Positions 1-13,132 of a stretch of 64,000 nucleotides of DNA are shown one piece after another. The stretch is from Eledone cirrhosa (Eukaryota). A program made the translations under genes and the position numbers. Where the stretch lies: contig OZ024764.1 of NCBI GenBank assembly GCA_964016885.1, forward strand, positions 2,976,001 to 3,040,000, read 5' to 3'. The notes below the pieces were generated by a model that was given only the letters and a program-made list of their open reading frames with translations, made no database searches and was not told the origin of the DNA. The number at the start of each line of letters is the position of its first letter. The first letter of the stretch is position 1.

Positions 1-405
1 CTCTCAATTCAGAGATTCTTTCCTCAGACATTCTAACCACATGTCTGTAGTATCAGAGCTGTGATCTCTCAATTCAGAGATTTTTTCCTGAGACATTCTA
101 ACCACATGTCTGTAGTATCAGAGCTGTGGTCTCTCAATTCAGAGATTCTTTCCTGAGACATTCTAACCACATGTCTGTAGTATCAGAGCTGTGATCTCTC
201 AGACCAGAGATTCTTTCCTCAGACATTCTAACCACATGTCTGTAGTATCAGAGCTGTGATCTCTCAATTCAGAGATTCTTTCCTCAGACATTCTAACCTC
301 ATGTCTGTAGTATCAGAGCTGTGATCTCTCAATTCAGAGATTCTTTCCTGAGACATTCTAACCACATGTCTGTAGTATCAGAGCTGTGATCTCTCAATTC
401 AGAGA
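1..405 (-). repeat. 65-bp tandem satellite derived from RTE LINE coding sequence (array continues beyond the window start)
   Basis: Units start at 1, 66, 131 and so on. Reverse complement of the array at 13745-15095, with a shared flank (agaagtagtggctctac). Confidence 0.9.
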
Positions 406-663
406 AGTAGTGGCTCTACCTGGAGTGGTAGATAAAGCTACACACTTTATCAAGTACTCCAAAGACCCTTCAGAGGAACCACACTTTGGCCGCTTGTATT
501 CACGATCGTATTCTTGCAGCATTACCCAAGATTCATGACCATAGGTAAGGGTTGACATGAATAGCAAGTTTGTCTTTTACAGCTACCTCCCTTGTTCTGA
601 TTACTGAATGCTGAAGCTGGTGCATTGCTGCAATTAATCCAGCCTCCTGCCTTCCATCATATC

Positions 664-703
<40 letters not shown>

Positions 704-704
<1 letters not shown>

Positions 705-763
705 TTATCTGATGAGGACGTACTGAAATAACAACACAGTACCTTTGAAATATATATAATAAA
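704..763 (+). ncRNA. Minimal hammerhead ribozyme motif, solo and sense to PBRM1
   Basis: TTTAT-CTGATGA-stem II (GTACTG/CAGTAC)-GAAA-TATATA-TA-ATAAA, directly after (TA)n. The base of stem II is imperfect. Confidence 0.65.
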
Positions 764-1118
764 GCATATATTTTGATTATGTGAATATCCTTCATTTGTT
801 AATATTTTGAATAATATATATATATTTAAAACTGTCTTCTTGATAATATTGACACACCATCTGATACATCATCATCATCGATTAACGTCCATCTTCCACA
901 CTAGCATGGGTTGGACGGGTCCCATTTAGACGCAAGTTGGGTTGGCTGCCCATGTCTCGTTCATATAGGGGTGTTTCTGGCTGGTTTTCTACGGCTGGAT
1001 GCCCTTCCTAACGCCAGTAGGTAATACATTAAGGGACCCACATTGTGGAATGCTTATGCCTGTTTACACTACAGGTCAACCAATGTTCCTTACTTGGAAT
1101 ATGGAATATATATATAGT

Positions 1119-1622
1119 GGAGGCACGTGGCCTAGTGGTAAGGGTGTTGGACTTATCATAATGTCGTGGGTTTGATTCCTGGGTTGTGTGTTGTGTTCTT
1201 GAGCAAAACACTTCATTTCACGTTGCTCCAGTATTCTAAGCTGAAAATGAGTACCAGTAATAGCTGGGAGTTTAACCCTGTGATGGACTGGTGTCCTGAC
1301 CAGAGGGAAGTCTTGTGCTCTGTCGCTTCATGTCATGACACCAGGATAAACACAGGCCAAATGAGCCTTCTAGCTTAAGACAGACTTTAACCTGTGATGG
1401 ACTGAGGTCTTGTCTAGTGGGGAGTATTGTACCCCCAAACACTTAACGCCACAGAAATTGGGATAAGCACTGCTCTGATGTCTTTCTAGCTTGGCACATA
1501 CTTTAACCTGTGATGGACTGGGGTCCTGTCCAGGAGGAAGTCTTGTACTCTCAGTCACTTCACACCATGTAACAGGGATAAGCACCGGCCAAATGAGCCT
1601 TCTGGCTTAAGACAGACTTTAG
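1119..1622 (+). mobile_element. tRNA-derived SINE variant with a tandemly triplicated 3' segment
   Basis: A box TGGCCTAGTGG, B-like GTTTGATTCC, cttgagcaaaacacttcatttcac core. The block tttaacc(c)tgtgatggactg occurs 3 times. Confidence 0.7.
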
Positions 1623-1771
1623 ACTTTGTTAGATATATATATATAGTAAAGGTGCTATTGGATCATTCACAGGTGGTATGCCAAGATGAGCACTCGATAA
1701 TATTGTGGAGCAGTGTATTAATAATAATTAGGGAACAAAGAATCAGTGTTGCATCATTTACATATTTAATT

Positions 1772-1862
1772 ACATATTACACATGTTTCACTGTCGATCA
1801 GTTCGAGGTACGATCGATTATGTTCTTTCCTGACTCTGGAATTGAAAGCTCCTCAGATGTGT
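1772..1862 (-). ncRNA. Hammerhead ribozyme motif with long stem II
   Basis: Reverse complement: ACACAT-CTGAGGA-(long stem II)-GAAA-CATGTG-TA-ATATGT. Same family as 6540-6635 (shared flank aagaatcagtgttgc). Confidence 0.6.
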
Positions 1863-1943
1863 TCTCACATGTGGACTCACGTCCTATATACATACACATA
1901 TACACACAGAAATTTATATATACACTCATATTTACATATCTAT

Positions 1944-2044
<101 letters not shown>

Positions 2045-2059
2045 TATACATATATATAC

Positions 2060-2112
<53 letters not shown>

Positions 2113-2126
2113 CATACATACATACA

Positions 2127-2161
<35 letters not shown>

Positions 2162-2409
2162 CATCGTCGTTTCTACGGCCGTTTTTCCATGTTTGCATGG
2201 ATTAATGATGACAATGATTATACATACATGTGTGTGTATATATATAGATATATATATCTTTAGGTTTTATATGACAGCATTTTTTCATTTATTTTTTGCC
2301 CCTTTGTTTATACTTTACCTTTTTTTGTTTTTATTTACTATATTTATTTATTTATTTATTTATTTATATTCTTCATTTGCTCTGTAACTAATAGATTAGT
2401 CACTATCTA

Positions 2410-2518
<109 letters not shown>

Positions 2519-2544
2519 ATATATATATATATATGTGTGTGTGT

Positions 2545-2620
<76 letters not shown>

Positions 2621-2640
2621 TATATATATATATATATATA

Positions 2641-2704
<64 letters not shown>

Positions 2705-2849
2705 TATATGTATATACACACAGACATCTGTATATATGCATATACATATATATATACACACACACACATATGTATATCTATATATCTGTATGTATATATG
2801 GATATAAATATATGCGTGTGCAGCATATATTTATGTATATATGCATGTA

Positions 2850-2921
<72 letters not shown>

Positions 2922-3278
2922 AGAGAGGCCTATATGTCAGAGTTGCTAATTTACATTTTAATCAAAAATATATTTTATTTTCTGTTGCTTAATATGTATA
3001 AATCAATATTAATTTATTTATTTCTGTGTTTTACATTTTTAAATTTTCTATTTAAATAAGAATAAATTAAATTTAAATTAATTATATTAATTGAAATTAT
3101 CAGGAGATAAAAGCCCCTTCGTTTATTTGTGTCTATGTTTTTTTTTTTTTTTTTCCTTCTTTTTTTCCCCTCCCACCTCATCCCTTCTTCTTGCCCATCA
3201 CCCTGGTCCTGCCCTGCCCTCTGGTCCTGCCTTGCCCCCTAATTTTTTTTCATGTCCGCTAACCCTAAACCCTTCTAG

Positions 3279-3364
3279 GATGCAGTCACCTTACGGAAAC
3301 TTATCATGAATCGGAAACATGAGTCGGACGCGAGGAAGGCAGTTAAAAGCAGTGCCCGTATTAG
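3279..3364 (+). CDS. PBRM1: Polybromo-1 internal exon (end of bromodomain 2 helix C and linker): DAVTLRKLIMNRKHESDARKAVKSSARI(R)
   Basis: Pyrimidine-rich tract, acceptor ttctag at 3273-3278, donor GTGAGT at 3365. 86 nt, phase 0 to 2. Peptide resembles human PBRM1 DANSIKKIFYMKKAEIEHHEMAKSSLRMR as recalled, and joins in frame to the next exon. Confidence 0.85.
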
Positions 3365-3944
3365 GTGAGTTTTCTTTAAAGTTTTTCATTGGGCTGCATT
3401 TGGGGGCTGGCTTGAGGTTTTGAAGGGGCTGTTGTGTGTGTGTATGCATGTGTCACTGTGTGTGTGTGTGGACAGCTCACACCTATGCAGATTTAGATGG
3501 CCTCCTCCAAGGTATATCTCGTTGAAGGTGTCTTAGGTAATTTAATGATAGGGACCCCGGTCCTATCATTTCATTTCTACAGCTGAGTAAACTGGAGCAA
3601 CGTGAAATAAAGCGTCTTGCTCAAGGAAACAACACATCACCCGGTCCGAGAATTGAAATCACAACCTTTCAATTGCAAGGCCAATGCTCTAACCACTAAG
3701 CCATGCACCTTGCATGTATGTATTAACCCTTTCGTGACCATAGTTCAATGGTAAAGCTAAAAGAAATGACATTTTCATAACTACATCGAATATTTAACAC
3801 CACAACAAATATAACTCCCTTGTGACTGTCTAGCAGTATCTGGTCCTTGCATATATATGGTGTCTGCTGTTGGTACCATGACTGGCTAACTTATCTGGTC
3901 CTTACATATATGGTGTGATTGTGACTGGTTAACAATATCTGGTC

Positions 3945-4510
3945 CTCACATATGTAGTGTCTGCCAACATCTGGTCTTCATATATGTAGTGTCTGCCAAC
4001 ATCTGGTCTTCATATATGTAGTGTCTGCCAACATCTGGTCCTCATATATGTAGTGTCTGCCAACATCTGGTCCTCACCTATGTAGTGTCTGCCAACATCT
4101 GGTCCTCATATATGTAGTGTCTGCCAACATCTGGTCCTCATATATGTAGTGTCTGCCAACATCTGGTCCTCACATATGTAGTGACTGCCAACATCTGGTC
4201 CTCGCATATGTAGTGTCTGCCAACATCTGGTCCTCACATATGTAGTGACTGCCAACATCTTGTGGTCATATATGTAGTGTCTGCCAACATCTGGTCCTCA
4301 TATATGTAGTGTCTGCCAACATCTGGTCCTCATATATGTAGTGTCTGCCAACATCTGGTCCTCACATATGTAGTGTCTGCCAACATCTGGTCCTCACATA
4401 TGTAGTGTCTGCCAACATCTGGTCCTCATATATGTAGTGTCTGCCAACATCTGGTCCTCACATATGTAGTGACTGCCAACATCTTGTGGTCATATATGTA
4501 GTGTCTGCTG
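3945..4510. repeat. 32-bp minisatellite (ctgccaacatctggtcctcatatatgtagtgt)n
   Basis: About 17 near-identical tandem units. Confidence 0.95.
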
Positions 4511-4721
4511 ACAAATGGTTCAAAAGAAGGACATTAACCTTGACTGCCTAGCAGATGGCGCTGTGTATTGCAGGGATCCACCCGCTGAAGACGATACTGA
4601 AGCCAATGGTATCTGTTGTTAGGACAGTGACTGATTCACGGTATCTCTCGTTCTCAACTGGTCCTTATATGATATTGACTGTTGGGATCATGACTGGCTG
4701 GCATTATCTCAAATCCCGTAA

Positions 4722-4912
4722 GGGCGGTTGATTGGCAGTATCGGTAGAGGGTCGGACGCCATGCTTTCCAACATAGTTACGTCCCTTTACGATCTGAGTT
4801 CAAATCCCGCCGAGGTTGACTTTGCCTTTCATCCTTACGGGGTCGATAAAATAAAGTACCAGTAATACACTGGGATAATTGCTGGCCTTGTGCCAAAACT
4901 AGAAACAATTAT
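4722..4912 (+). mobile_element. Second SINE family (Meta-domain-like). Other copies near 11064-11212(-), 21137-21250(+), 21555-21730(-), 51512-51660(+), 54862-55048(+), 61418-61573(+)
   Basis: A box TGGCAGTATCGG, B box GAGTTCAAATCCC, conserved gcctttcatcc...ggggtcgataaaataaagtaccag block, many dispersed copies. The superfamily name is inferred. Confidence 0.75.
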
Positions 4913-5265
4913 CTCCATTAGATGTTTGTGACTGCCATATATGAGTGTTCTCTGCAATGCTGCCGAGGACTTGTTTGGAACCAGATGAGACCCATTCTGA
5001 GTGAACGCTCACACAAGTACCATGTATCATTATATAGACACTTAGGTGTGTTTTAAGTGTTGTGTGGCTGTCAATGCGTGTATGTGTGTTAATCTGTATT
5101 TGATTGTATATACTTAGTTGTGTGTGTGTATATATGTATATATATATATATATATTAATTAAATGATGAAAAAAGAGTTAGTTGATTTATTATAAACTCG
5201 TTCTTATATATAACAAATGCCAAGCACTCAACGGTATAAATTTATCCAGAGTATTATTATAATAG

Positions 5266-6035
5266 TAATAAAAGGAAGATAAATACTTTATATCATCTCT
5301 ATTTATTTTATTATATATATTTTGAAGATGTAAAGTTTTATGTACAACATAAAGCATTTGCAGTGGAATCATAGGGACTGGGGTCCCTATCATCTCATTT
5401 CTACAGCTGAGTAAACTGGAGCAATGTGAAATAAAGTGTCTTGCTCAAGGAAACAACACATCACCCGGTCTGATGTGTTGTTTCCTTGAGCAAGACACTT
5501 TATTTCACATTGCTCCAGTTTACTCAGCTGTAGAAATGAGATGATAGGGACTGGGGTCCCTATCATTCCACTGCAAAGTGGTCGTGGAGGTGCCACGGCA
5601 AAAAAGCACCCAGCACTCACTGTAATTGAGGTTGGTATTAGGAAGGGCATCCAACTGTAGAAGTCAAGCCCAAATCAGTTCCCGTCCCACCCTTGCAAGC
5701 AGGGAAAAGCGGACGTAAAATGATGATGATGATGATGATGATAAAGCAAAACATGTCCTCTTCAGACAAAATATATAGAAGATGTTTAATTTTTTTCCTG
5801 ATATGCTGGTAGACAAACGAGCTGGACAGATCGGTGACATATGCCTGGTGGTCATCGATCTATCCAGTTCGTTTGATTACCAGCATATCAGGGAAAAAAT
5901 TATACATTTTCTATGTATTTTGTTTGAAGAGGACATGTCTTGCTTTATGTTGTACATAAAACTTTACATCTTCAAAATATATATAATAAAATAAATAGAG
6001 ATGATATAAAATATATATCTTTCGTTTATTACTAT
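5266..6035. repeat. Fold-back palindromic hammerhead-bearing element interrupted by a 5'-inverted SINE (about 5358-5741)
   Basis: Arms 5266-5357 plus 5742-5835 versus 5850-6035 are reverse complements. ATAAAGCA is duplicated around the SINE. Same family as 48546-48740. Confidence 0.8.
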
Positions 6036-6050
6036 TATTATTATATATAT

Positions 6051-6378
6051 AGAGGCACATGGCTTAGTGGTTAGAGCATTGGCCTTGCAATCGAAAGGTT
6101 GTGTATTCAATTCTCAGACTGGGTGATGTGTTGTTTCCTTGAGCAAGACACTTTATTTCACATTGCTCCAGTTTACTCAGCTGTAGAAATGAGATGATAG
6201 GGACTGGGGTCCCTATCATTCCACTGCAAAGTGGTCGTGGAGGTGCCACGGCAAAAAAGCACCCAGCACTCACTGTAAATGAGGTTGGTGTTTGGAAGGG
6301 CATCCAGCTGTAGAAGTCAAGCCAGAATCAGTTCCCGTCCCACCCTTGCAATCAGGGAAAAGCGGACGTAAAATGATG
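6051..6378 (+). mobile_element. Young tRNA-derived SINE with RTE-type 3' tail (representative). Other copies near 8345-8695, 20694-21033, 29770-30118, 36567-36858, 42973-43312, 46302-46655, 49348-49681, 51108-51508, 53101-53432 (+) and 3548-3709, 20052-20334, 47800-48137, 51810-52148, 52805-53069, 60438-60779 (-)
   Basis: A box TGGCTTAGTGG, B box GTTCAATTC, CORE-like ccttgagcaagacactt, internal hairpin atgatagggac-tggg-gtccctatcat, tail ggtgttaggaagggcatccagctgtagaaa...(gat)n shared with the RTE 3' UTR. Copies are nearly identical. Confidence 0.92.
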
Positions 6379-6417
<39 letters not shown>

Positions 6418-6539
6418 GGTGTTGAATACTTAAAGCATCCGTGTGTGGTAGGCCGTTTGCCCACTCGATGCTCTCGTAGAGCAAAGTATGATGTCACAGA
6501 AAAAAAGAGAATCAGTGTTGCGACGAATGGAATTTATTG

Positions 6540-6635
6540 GACATATTACAATCGTTTCTCTGGCGACCAGCTCGATGCACGATAGATGTGATGATCGAAC
6601 CTGACTCTGAAAATCGCAAGGTCCTCAGATACGTC
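6540..6635 (-). ncRNA. Hammerhead ribozyme motif with long stem II
   Basis: Reverse complement: GACGTAT-CTGAGGA-(about 63 nt, including TGCGATT/GGTCGCC and GGTTCGAT/ATCGAGCT pairing)-GAAA-CGATTG-TA-ATATGTC. Stem I is 7 bp. Confidence 0.7.
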
Positions 6636-6695
6636 TCGATTCTATGAAGCAGATTTTCCTTTTTTTTCTGTGATATATATATATATATATATATA

Positions 6696-7834
6696 AGCCG
6701 GCCTGCGAAACAATCGATCTTGCACCAAACAGATCTTCACACTACGCAACAACCTCGAACAATGCGTTGAGCTCCAGCACCCTTTGCCGGTCAACTTCAT
6801 TGATTTCCAGAAGGCATTCGACAGTGTACATTGGGAATCGCTGTGGATTATCGCGCACTCATGCTGCATTCCTGCAAGATTCATCGCCATTTTCAAGGCC
6901 TTGTATGCAAATTTCACCTGATGCGTGCGAACAGAGTCCAGTGTGATGGAGGTCTTTGACATTGTCTTCGGAGTCAGACAGGGTCACATTCTTTCTCTGC
7001 TGTTGTTCCTGTTGGCAGCCGATTTCGTGCTAAGGTGAACAGAGGGAAGACTCAGTCAAGGCTGGGGGACCTGGCATTCGCCGACCACATCACTTTGATC
7101 GCTGAAAACAGTGAGATCTGCAGGCCCTAACAATATCCCTGCAAGAGAGTGCGAAAAAGATCGACCTGAGAATCAACACCGAAAAGACCAAAGTCATGAG
7201 GACAGCCAACAAATCAGGTCCAGCAATCAGAGTCAACCAACAAGACCTGGGGGACTTCAATCACTGCACCTATCTGGGCTGCACCGTGGCAAGCAATGGC
7301 GACGCAGAGTTCAACATCAAAAGTTGGATCAGCAAAGGAGCCGCAGTTTTCCAGCAGTTGTGCCCAGTCTGGTCGTCTTCATGCATCAGCACCAGGACCA
7401 GGCTGTGCCTCTACAAGGGCATCGTGTCGCCGACAGTGCTTTACGTGAACAAAACCTGGAAGAGCACGGCAAAGATAGAAAGATGGCTCAACACTTTCCA
7501 CCAGTGATGCCTGTGAATGAACCTCCGTTTGTCCTGGCGGAAATCCTGCAGAGAGCTAAGCTGAGGACGCTACAGAGGACCAGTGCCACCTGGCTGACCA
7601 TATTCTGCGCCTGCCCGATGAACGACACTCGAAAACAGTGATGAACTAGACTCCACCTGGCGGTAAATGGAAAGAGGGTTGCCCCTGGATCACCTGGATA
7701 GAAACATTCCAAGAAGACCTTATGGCAGCCAACATCACTTGGCACAGACACAAAAAAGCCGCATCTGATCGTAACCGTCGGCAACTACTCACTGCTCGAT
7801 GTAGCGAAAGGCGCAGAAGAACATAAGACTAAGA
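6696..7834 (+). mobile_element. Degenerate 5'-truncated RTE-clade LINE (second family), RT fragment
   Basis: Translates to NFIDFQKAFDSV, GVRQG.ILS, INTEKTKVM, YLG..V...G with stops and frameshifts. Ends in a taagactaaga tail. Confidence 0.85.
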
Positions 7835-8310
7835 CCTCATGTACTAAGTACCATATTACACTGTGGTCTCTTTCTTTTCCCCTTCTTCAGAAATCCATTC
7901 TTTACATGTATGTATATATCTTATACAACAACTGCTGTTTACATATATGGTTTATATGTGCGTATATATATATATGTGTTGGTCTGTAACTCAAAGGGTC
8001 AGCCCTGTCATAGACAGTGTCATAATGTTGAATGTTCCTGATAGTTATGTTAAGGGTGCTTGTATTTGGCGAATTCTCAGCCACTTAGAGTTGTGGCTGG
8101 TTTTCTACAGCTGGATGCCCTTCCTAACACCAACCACATCGACTGTGCTTGGTTCTAAACGGTTCTCCAATGCAATCGAGATGTAATTCATGCATTTGTT
8201 GTTGTTGTGAGAACAGTATCCTCAGATGAATCTCCATCGTAACTACAAACTACGGATGTTGCGAGCTTTCTCCTGCTTGCTCCTGTTTTTACCAAAACAA
8301 TCTCTTTGGA

Positions 8311-8342
<32 letters not shown>

Positions 8343-8693
8343 GTGGAGGCACATGGCTTAGTGGTTAGAGCATTGGCCTTGCAATCGAAAGGTTGTGAGT
8401 TCAATTCTCAGACCGGGTGATGTGTTGTTTCCTTGAGCAAGACACTTTATTTCACATTGCTCCAGTTTACTCAGCTGTAGAAATGAGATGATAGGGACTG
8501 GGGTCCCTATCATTCCACTGCAAAGTGGTCGTGGAGGTGCCACGGCAAAAAAGCACCCAGCACTCACTGTAAATGAGGTTGGTGTTAGGAAGGGCATCCA
8601 GCTGTAGAAATCAAGCCAGAATCAGTTCCCGTCCCACCCTTGCAAGCAGGGAAAAAGCGGACGTAAAATGAAATGATGATGAATGATGATGAA

Positions 8694-9620
8694 ATGAATA
8701 TATGAGGGATGAACACCTATACAAGTATACATGTGTTCGAATTGCAAATGACCAAGTTAGCTAGGTTGAAAAATACTAATTTAATATAATATGGTTTGCC
8801 TGTCTCGATTTAAAATAATAAATCAATAAAAATAACAAACCTATATTGGCAATGGCCGTGATACCCGGACAAATTCTAAATTGTTTCACAACAATTAACT
8901 GAAAGTTACTATTCCTGTCCTCTTCTGCGGGTATCCAGGAAAATTTGTATCAATCACTTCAAAATACTTAAGAAGACTGAGAAATACGTGTTGTTGAACG
9001 CACGTGTCACAGCGCCTAACTCATCCCATACTCGTGCCGCTAAAGATAGCAGTCGGTTTTAAGGGACTAAAATTAGCTCAACGCATGGAGCCGTGAATAT
9101 CAAATATTGAGTTATAAACTCGAGATAGTCTTTTACAATTAAATAGCTCAAAGAAGGGAATATTTCCGAGCCGTGTAATACAAGTATGAGCAAGGCATGG
9201 TCAGCCGACCGGACACTGCCCACAACAGGACAACCCGTCTAACCCATGCTAGCATGGAAGAACGGATGTAAAACGGTGATGATGATGGTGATGAATATAT
9301 GAAGAGCACAGGCATAGTAACTTTCACTTAATTGTTGCGAAACAAATTTAGAATTTGTCCAGGTATCACGGCCATTGCCAATATAGGTTTGTTATTTTTA
9401 TTGATTTATTATTTTAAATCGAGACAGGCAAACCATATTTTGTTAAATTAGTATTTTTCAACCTAGCTAACTTGGTCATTTGCAATACGAACACATGAAT
9501 AATTGTATAGGTGTTCATCCCTCATATATTCATTTGTATTACACGGCTCGGAAATATTCCCTTCTTTGAGCTATTTAATTGTAAAAGACTATTTTGAGTT
9601 TATAACTCAATATTTGATAT
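8694..9620. repeat. Long inverted repeat (about 200-bp arms at 8694-8905 and 9322-9533, plus 9095-9185 versus 9530-9620)
   Basis: Direct reverse-complement matching of the arms. Related sequence near 41180-41260. Confidence 0.85.
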
Positions 9621-9759
9621 ATATACATATATATATATATGGCTTTTTAAACCAGAAAATATTTAAATATTTGGGATTATTAAATTTGCTAAGGTAAGAT
9701 AGTATTGTTATCTTGGCACTTTTAATTTTCTAATACATTGCATGGTTTTCAAAATTATT

Positions 9760-9828
<69 letters not shown>

Positions 9829-10044
9829 AACGATCGACTTTCGTCAAATCGGACCGAGGGAACAATGTTTCCGTTGGTCTTTCCAATTGCTAATACTATC
9901 TATCAGTTGCAACTCCAGGTAGAAGGAGCAACGTGAAATAAAGTGTCTTGCTCAAGGACATAACGCATCGCCTGGTCTAGGAATCGAACTCACAACCTTA
10001 CGATTGCGAATCCAATTCTCTAACCACTCAGCCACGCGCCTTCA

Positions 10045-10133
<89 letters not shown>

Positions 10134-10465
10134 ATCAGATTGGAGGTGATAAAAACCAGTTAGACCATAACCCACCAGAGTACTCAATACTTGGGGTAGT
10201 AGAGTGGGTAATATGGAAAGATTCAGGACCCCGACGGCTAAGCTCCTGACTCTTTTCCTATTACCCACTCTACTACCCCAAGTATTGAGTACTCTGGTGC
10301 GTTATCGTCCACCTGGTATCTTACCACACCCTCTTTGTGGTTTTATAGTTTTATATACAATATATGTGCGCTGAGTGTGGAAAGGTGTACATGAGTTAAT
10401 CTGGTCTGAAGAACCACAATTGCAGCCATGTTCAGAGAGAACCAGTGATCTCTTATATTGAAAGA

Positions 10466-11050
10466 CTAGCAGATGTACCCGGCGTTGCTCGGGAAATGAA
10501 TGACAGCCTGTTTGTCCGTATAAAGAGAGCCAAAGGTGGAGCAAAGAATTGAAATGTAATTGTAAAAAAAAGTTTAACAAAATGGGTGTACAGTGACATG
10601 ATTGCGTGGAATAAACGGCAGCATAAAAACAATTCATGGGGTAGCTTGAGTTAATTGATGTGAATGATTTCAGGTCCGGCCTCGCTGTAGTAGGTATGAG
10701 TAAGGGGATAAAGATGGAATAGACGCACCGTATGTCCTTCAGTAGACTAAACCCTATGCGTAAGATGGCGCTGCCACTATCACGTTGACCATCCACTGGA
10801 CATAGAAATATGATCCCTTGAAGCAAATCTGCCTAGTACTTCAAAAGTTAAAAGGACCCTAGTATTTGTACACAGACAGATACACACACAAAATCGATTT
10901 TTCGGCCCCAATATCGCTCTGGCATATAAGCAACATGTGTGCCAAATTAGGTTGAAATCGGCCTAGTACTTCAAAAGTTAAAAGGACCCTAGTATTTGTA
11001 CACAGACAGATACACACACAGACAGACCGACTTGCTATTATATATATAGA
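10466..11050 (-). mobile_element. Non-autonomous Helitron-like element
   Basis: On the minus strand it begins TCTATATATAAT, has a (TCTG/TG)n subterminal tract, and ends with hairpin CCCGAGCAACGCCGGG followed by CTAG then T. Internal 60-bp direct duplication (near 10832 and 10962). Confidence 0.75.
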
Positions 11051-11770
11051 CAAGGCCAGCAATTACCCAGTACATTACTGGTACTTTATTTTATTGACCT
11101 CGTGAGGATGAAAGGCAAAGTTAACCTTTTGAACTCAGACCGTAAAGGGACGTAACTCCATGCTATGAAGCATGGTGTCCGACTCTCTACAGATTCTGCC
11201 AATCCACCGCCCTAATGTCTACGTAATTAGGGAGTGAGAGGGGAGAGAAAGAAAGGCAGTGACGAAGTGACTCTCTCCTCCTCCTCCTCCATCTCCCCAT
11301 TCGTCACAGCGATAGAGGGGAGGAATGTTAGTGTGTTACAAAGAGAGGGATAGCTGGAGAGAGAGAGAGAGAGAGAGAGATAGCAACCACGCGCGCACGT
11401 GTTTCCACTGTCGGACAGACAGACAGACACAGAGAAATTGCTGGTTATATATTATAAGGAGATGTAATGAATGTGGCAAAGAATGTCAATCTGTGGCAGG
11501 ACTGAAGTGGTGCGTGAAGGTTCACAGGCAACCTGATGCCAGGTAGAACTATAGTTGTTGTCATATATATATATATATATTATACTGTAATTCCCTGCGC
11601 TGAAGATGCTTCTTCCTCGGGGACCCACCCTAATTTTGACAACCAAAAATTTGAAGAAAAAAATAATAAAAAAAACCTTCGACTTCCAGGACGCTTGGTA
11701 GATTTTTGAGAATTACTTTAGGATAGAAGTAGTGTCTGTGATGCTGGGAAATATGGTGTATATGTATATG

Positions 11771-11807
<37 letters not shown>

Positions 11808-11913
11808 ATGTACATATATATACATAGAAAGATTTGAATGGATACAGTTTAGTTGAAAGGAATTTATTGACACGTGTTTCTATAACAGTTACGTAACACA
11901 ACGGAAAATACTG

Positions 11914-11948
<35 letters not shown>

Positions 11949-12855
11949 GTGTATGTGTGTATGTACATATATATACATGTATATGAACGTATGTGTGTAT
12001 GTACATATATATATATATATATATGTGTGTGTATGTGTGTGTATGTACATATATATACATATATATGAACATATGTGTGTGTGTATGTACATATATATAC
12101 ATGTATATGAACGTATGTGTGTGTGTGTATGTGTGTATGTACATATATACATGTATATGAACGTGTGTGTATGTACATATATATACATGTATATGAACGT
12201 ATGTGTGTGTATGTGTGTATGTACATATATACATGTATATGAACGTATATGTGTGTGTATGTGTGTATGTGCATATATATACATATATATGAACGTATGT
12301 GTGTGTGTGTATGTACATATATATACATGTATATGAACGTGTGTGTATGTACATATATATACATATATATGAACGTATGTGTGTGTGTGTATGTACATAT
12401 ATATACATGTATATGAACGTATATGTGTGTGTATGTGTGTATGTGCATATATATACATATATATGAACGTATGTGTGTGTATGTACATATATATACATGT
12501 ATATGAACGTATGTGTGTGTGTGTACATATATATACATGTATATGAACGCATGTGTGTGTGTGTATATGTACATATATATACATGTATATGAACGTATGT
12601 GTGTGTGTGTGTATGTACATATATATATATATACACGTGTGTGTGTGTGTGTATATGGACATATATATATGTACATATATATACATGTATATGAACGTAT
12701 GTGTGTGTGTGTATATGGACATATATATACATGTATATGAACGTGTGTGTGTATATGTACATATATATATATATATATATATATACACGTATATGAACGT
12801 GTGTGTGTATATGGACATATATATATGTACATGTATATGAACGTATGTGTGTATA

Positions 12856-12904
<49 letters not shown>

Positions 12905-12930
12905 GTATATGAACGTGTGTCTGTGTATAT

Positions 12931-12994
<64 letters not shown>

Positions 12995-13017
12995 ATGAAC
13001 GTATCTGTGTGTGTGTG

Positions 13018-13094
<77 letters not shown>

Positions 13095-13100
13095 ACATAT
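11914..13100. repeat. Compound (TA)/(TG) microsatellite with a higher-order unit (tacatgtatatgaacgt...)
   Basis: Low-complexity tandem array. It is the source of several spurious Y/I/H/T ORFs. Confidence 0.95.
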
Positions 13101-13132
13101 ATTCCTCCTCTTTCTCTCCCTGGCTACCCTAG

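Noticed and set aside
4573-4607. Possible small extra PBRM1 exon (DPPAEDDTEAN) or CTGAAGA hammerhead
   Set aside because: 35 nt would break the frame between the phase-2 neighbours, the donor is weak, and no GAAA follows the stem.
6051-6125. tRNA-like sequence at SINE heads
   Set aside because: A/B boxes belong to a dispersed SINE and continue into the core and LINE-derived tail, so these are not tRNA genes.
8358-8597. Recurrent 79-aa ORF MPFLTPTSFTVSAGCFF...
   Set aside because: It is the antisense reading of the young SINE. Its recurrence reflects copy identity, not a gene family.
11713-12990. 425-aa ORF and the many other long Y/I/H/T/C/V-rich ORFs (1.9-2.9, 28.5-29.6, 32.5-33.9, 47, 49, 52.5, 58.3-58.9 kb)
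   Set aside because: They are translations of (TA)n/(TG)n microsatellites, which lack stop codons by composition.
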